The translations under genes were made by a program, and so were the position numbers. The notes below the pieces were generated by a model, which was not told the DNA's origin, made no database searches, and saw nothing but the letters and a program-made list of their open reading frames with translations. A DNA stretch of 63,731 nt, filler included, from Octopus bimaculoides (Eukaryota), in NCBI RefSeq assembly GCF_001194135.2. It is 5 parts of 4 records of this genome, joined end to end, with 100 filler letters (N's around TTAATTAATTAA, not from the genome) between each part and the next. Parts side by side here need not be neighbours in the genome. Positions count along the whole stretch, not along the records: positions 61,828 to 63,731 come from NW_026309952.1; 4 more parts are not named here. One strand, written 5' to 3'. Of this stretch, positions 63,654 through 63,731 are shown piece after piece. How positions within the stretch are numbered: position 1 is the stretch's first letter; every line of letters starts with the position of its first letter.

Positions 63654-63731
63654 GTCTGTCTGTCTGTCTCTATATCTATAGATACATATATACATATATA
63701 CATATATACATATATACATACACACACACAC
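63545..63731. repeat. (TCTA)n(TCTG)n(TA/CA)n microsatellite
   Basis: Direct reading. Confidence 0.96.

Overview
AT-rich, repeat-dense, gappy animal genomic DNA. The SINE, RTE, Penelope and microsatellite content points to a coleoid cephalopod, most likely Octopus (inference). No rRNA, true tRNA, CRISPR or operon features were seen, and most ORFs in the supplied track are artefacts of N-runs and microsatellites. Two real protein-coding genes are supported, on opposite strands. (1) A minus-strand gene with a cleanly spliced PDZ-domain exon (4968-5112) resembling the periaxin/AHNAK PDZ type, a probable 41-nt upstream exon (18883-18923), and a very large acidic Ser/Asp/Asn-rich terminal exon (354 to at least 2968). 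(2) Two consecutive plus-strand exons (29859-30029, 31360-31518) of the cytoplasmic dynein-2 heavy chain DYNC2H1; no other DYNC2H1 exon was found in the window. The rest is a layered transposon record: tRNA-derived SINE families, RTE, R4/Dong-like, CR1, I-clade and Penelope retroelements, mariner, hAT, piggyBac-type MITE, Helitron and a Chapaev-like relic. It also holds long hairpin elements and three hammerhead-ribozyme-like motifs. Four 100-bp N44-TTAATTAATTAA-N44 spacers are assembly joins, so adjacency across them is unproven. I found no clear new multi-gene system. The best leads are the periaxin/AHNAK-like gene, its antisense arrangement with DYNC2H1, and the hammerhead motifs.
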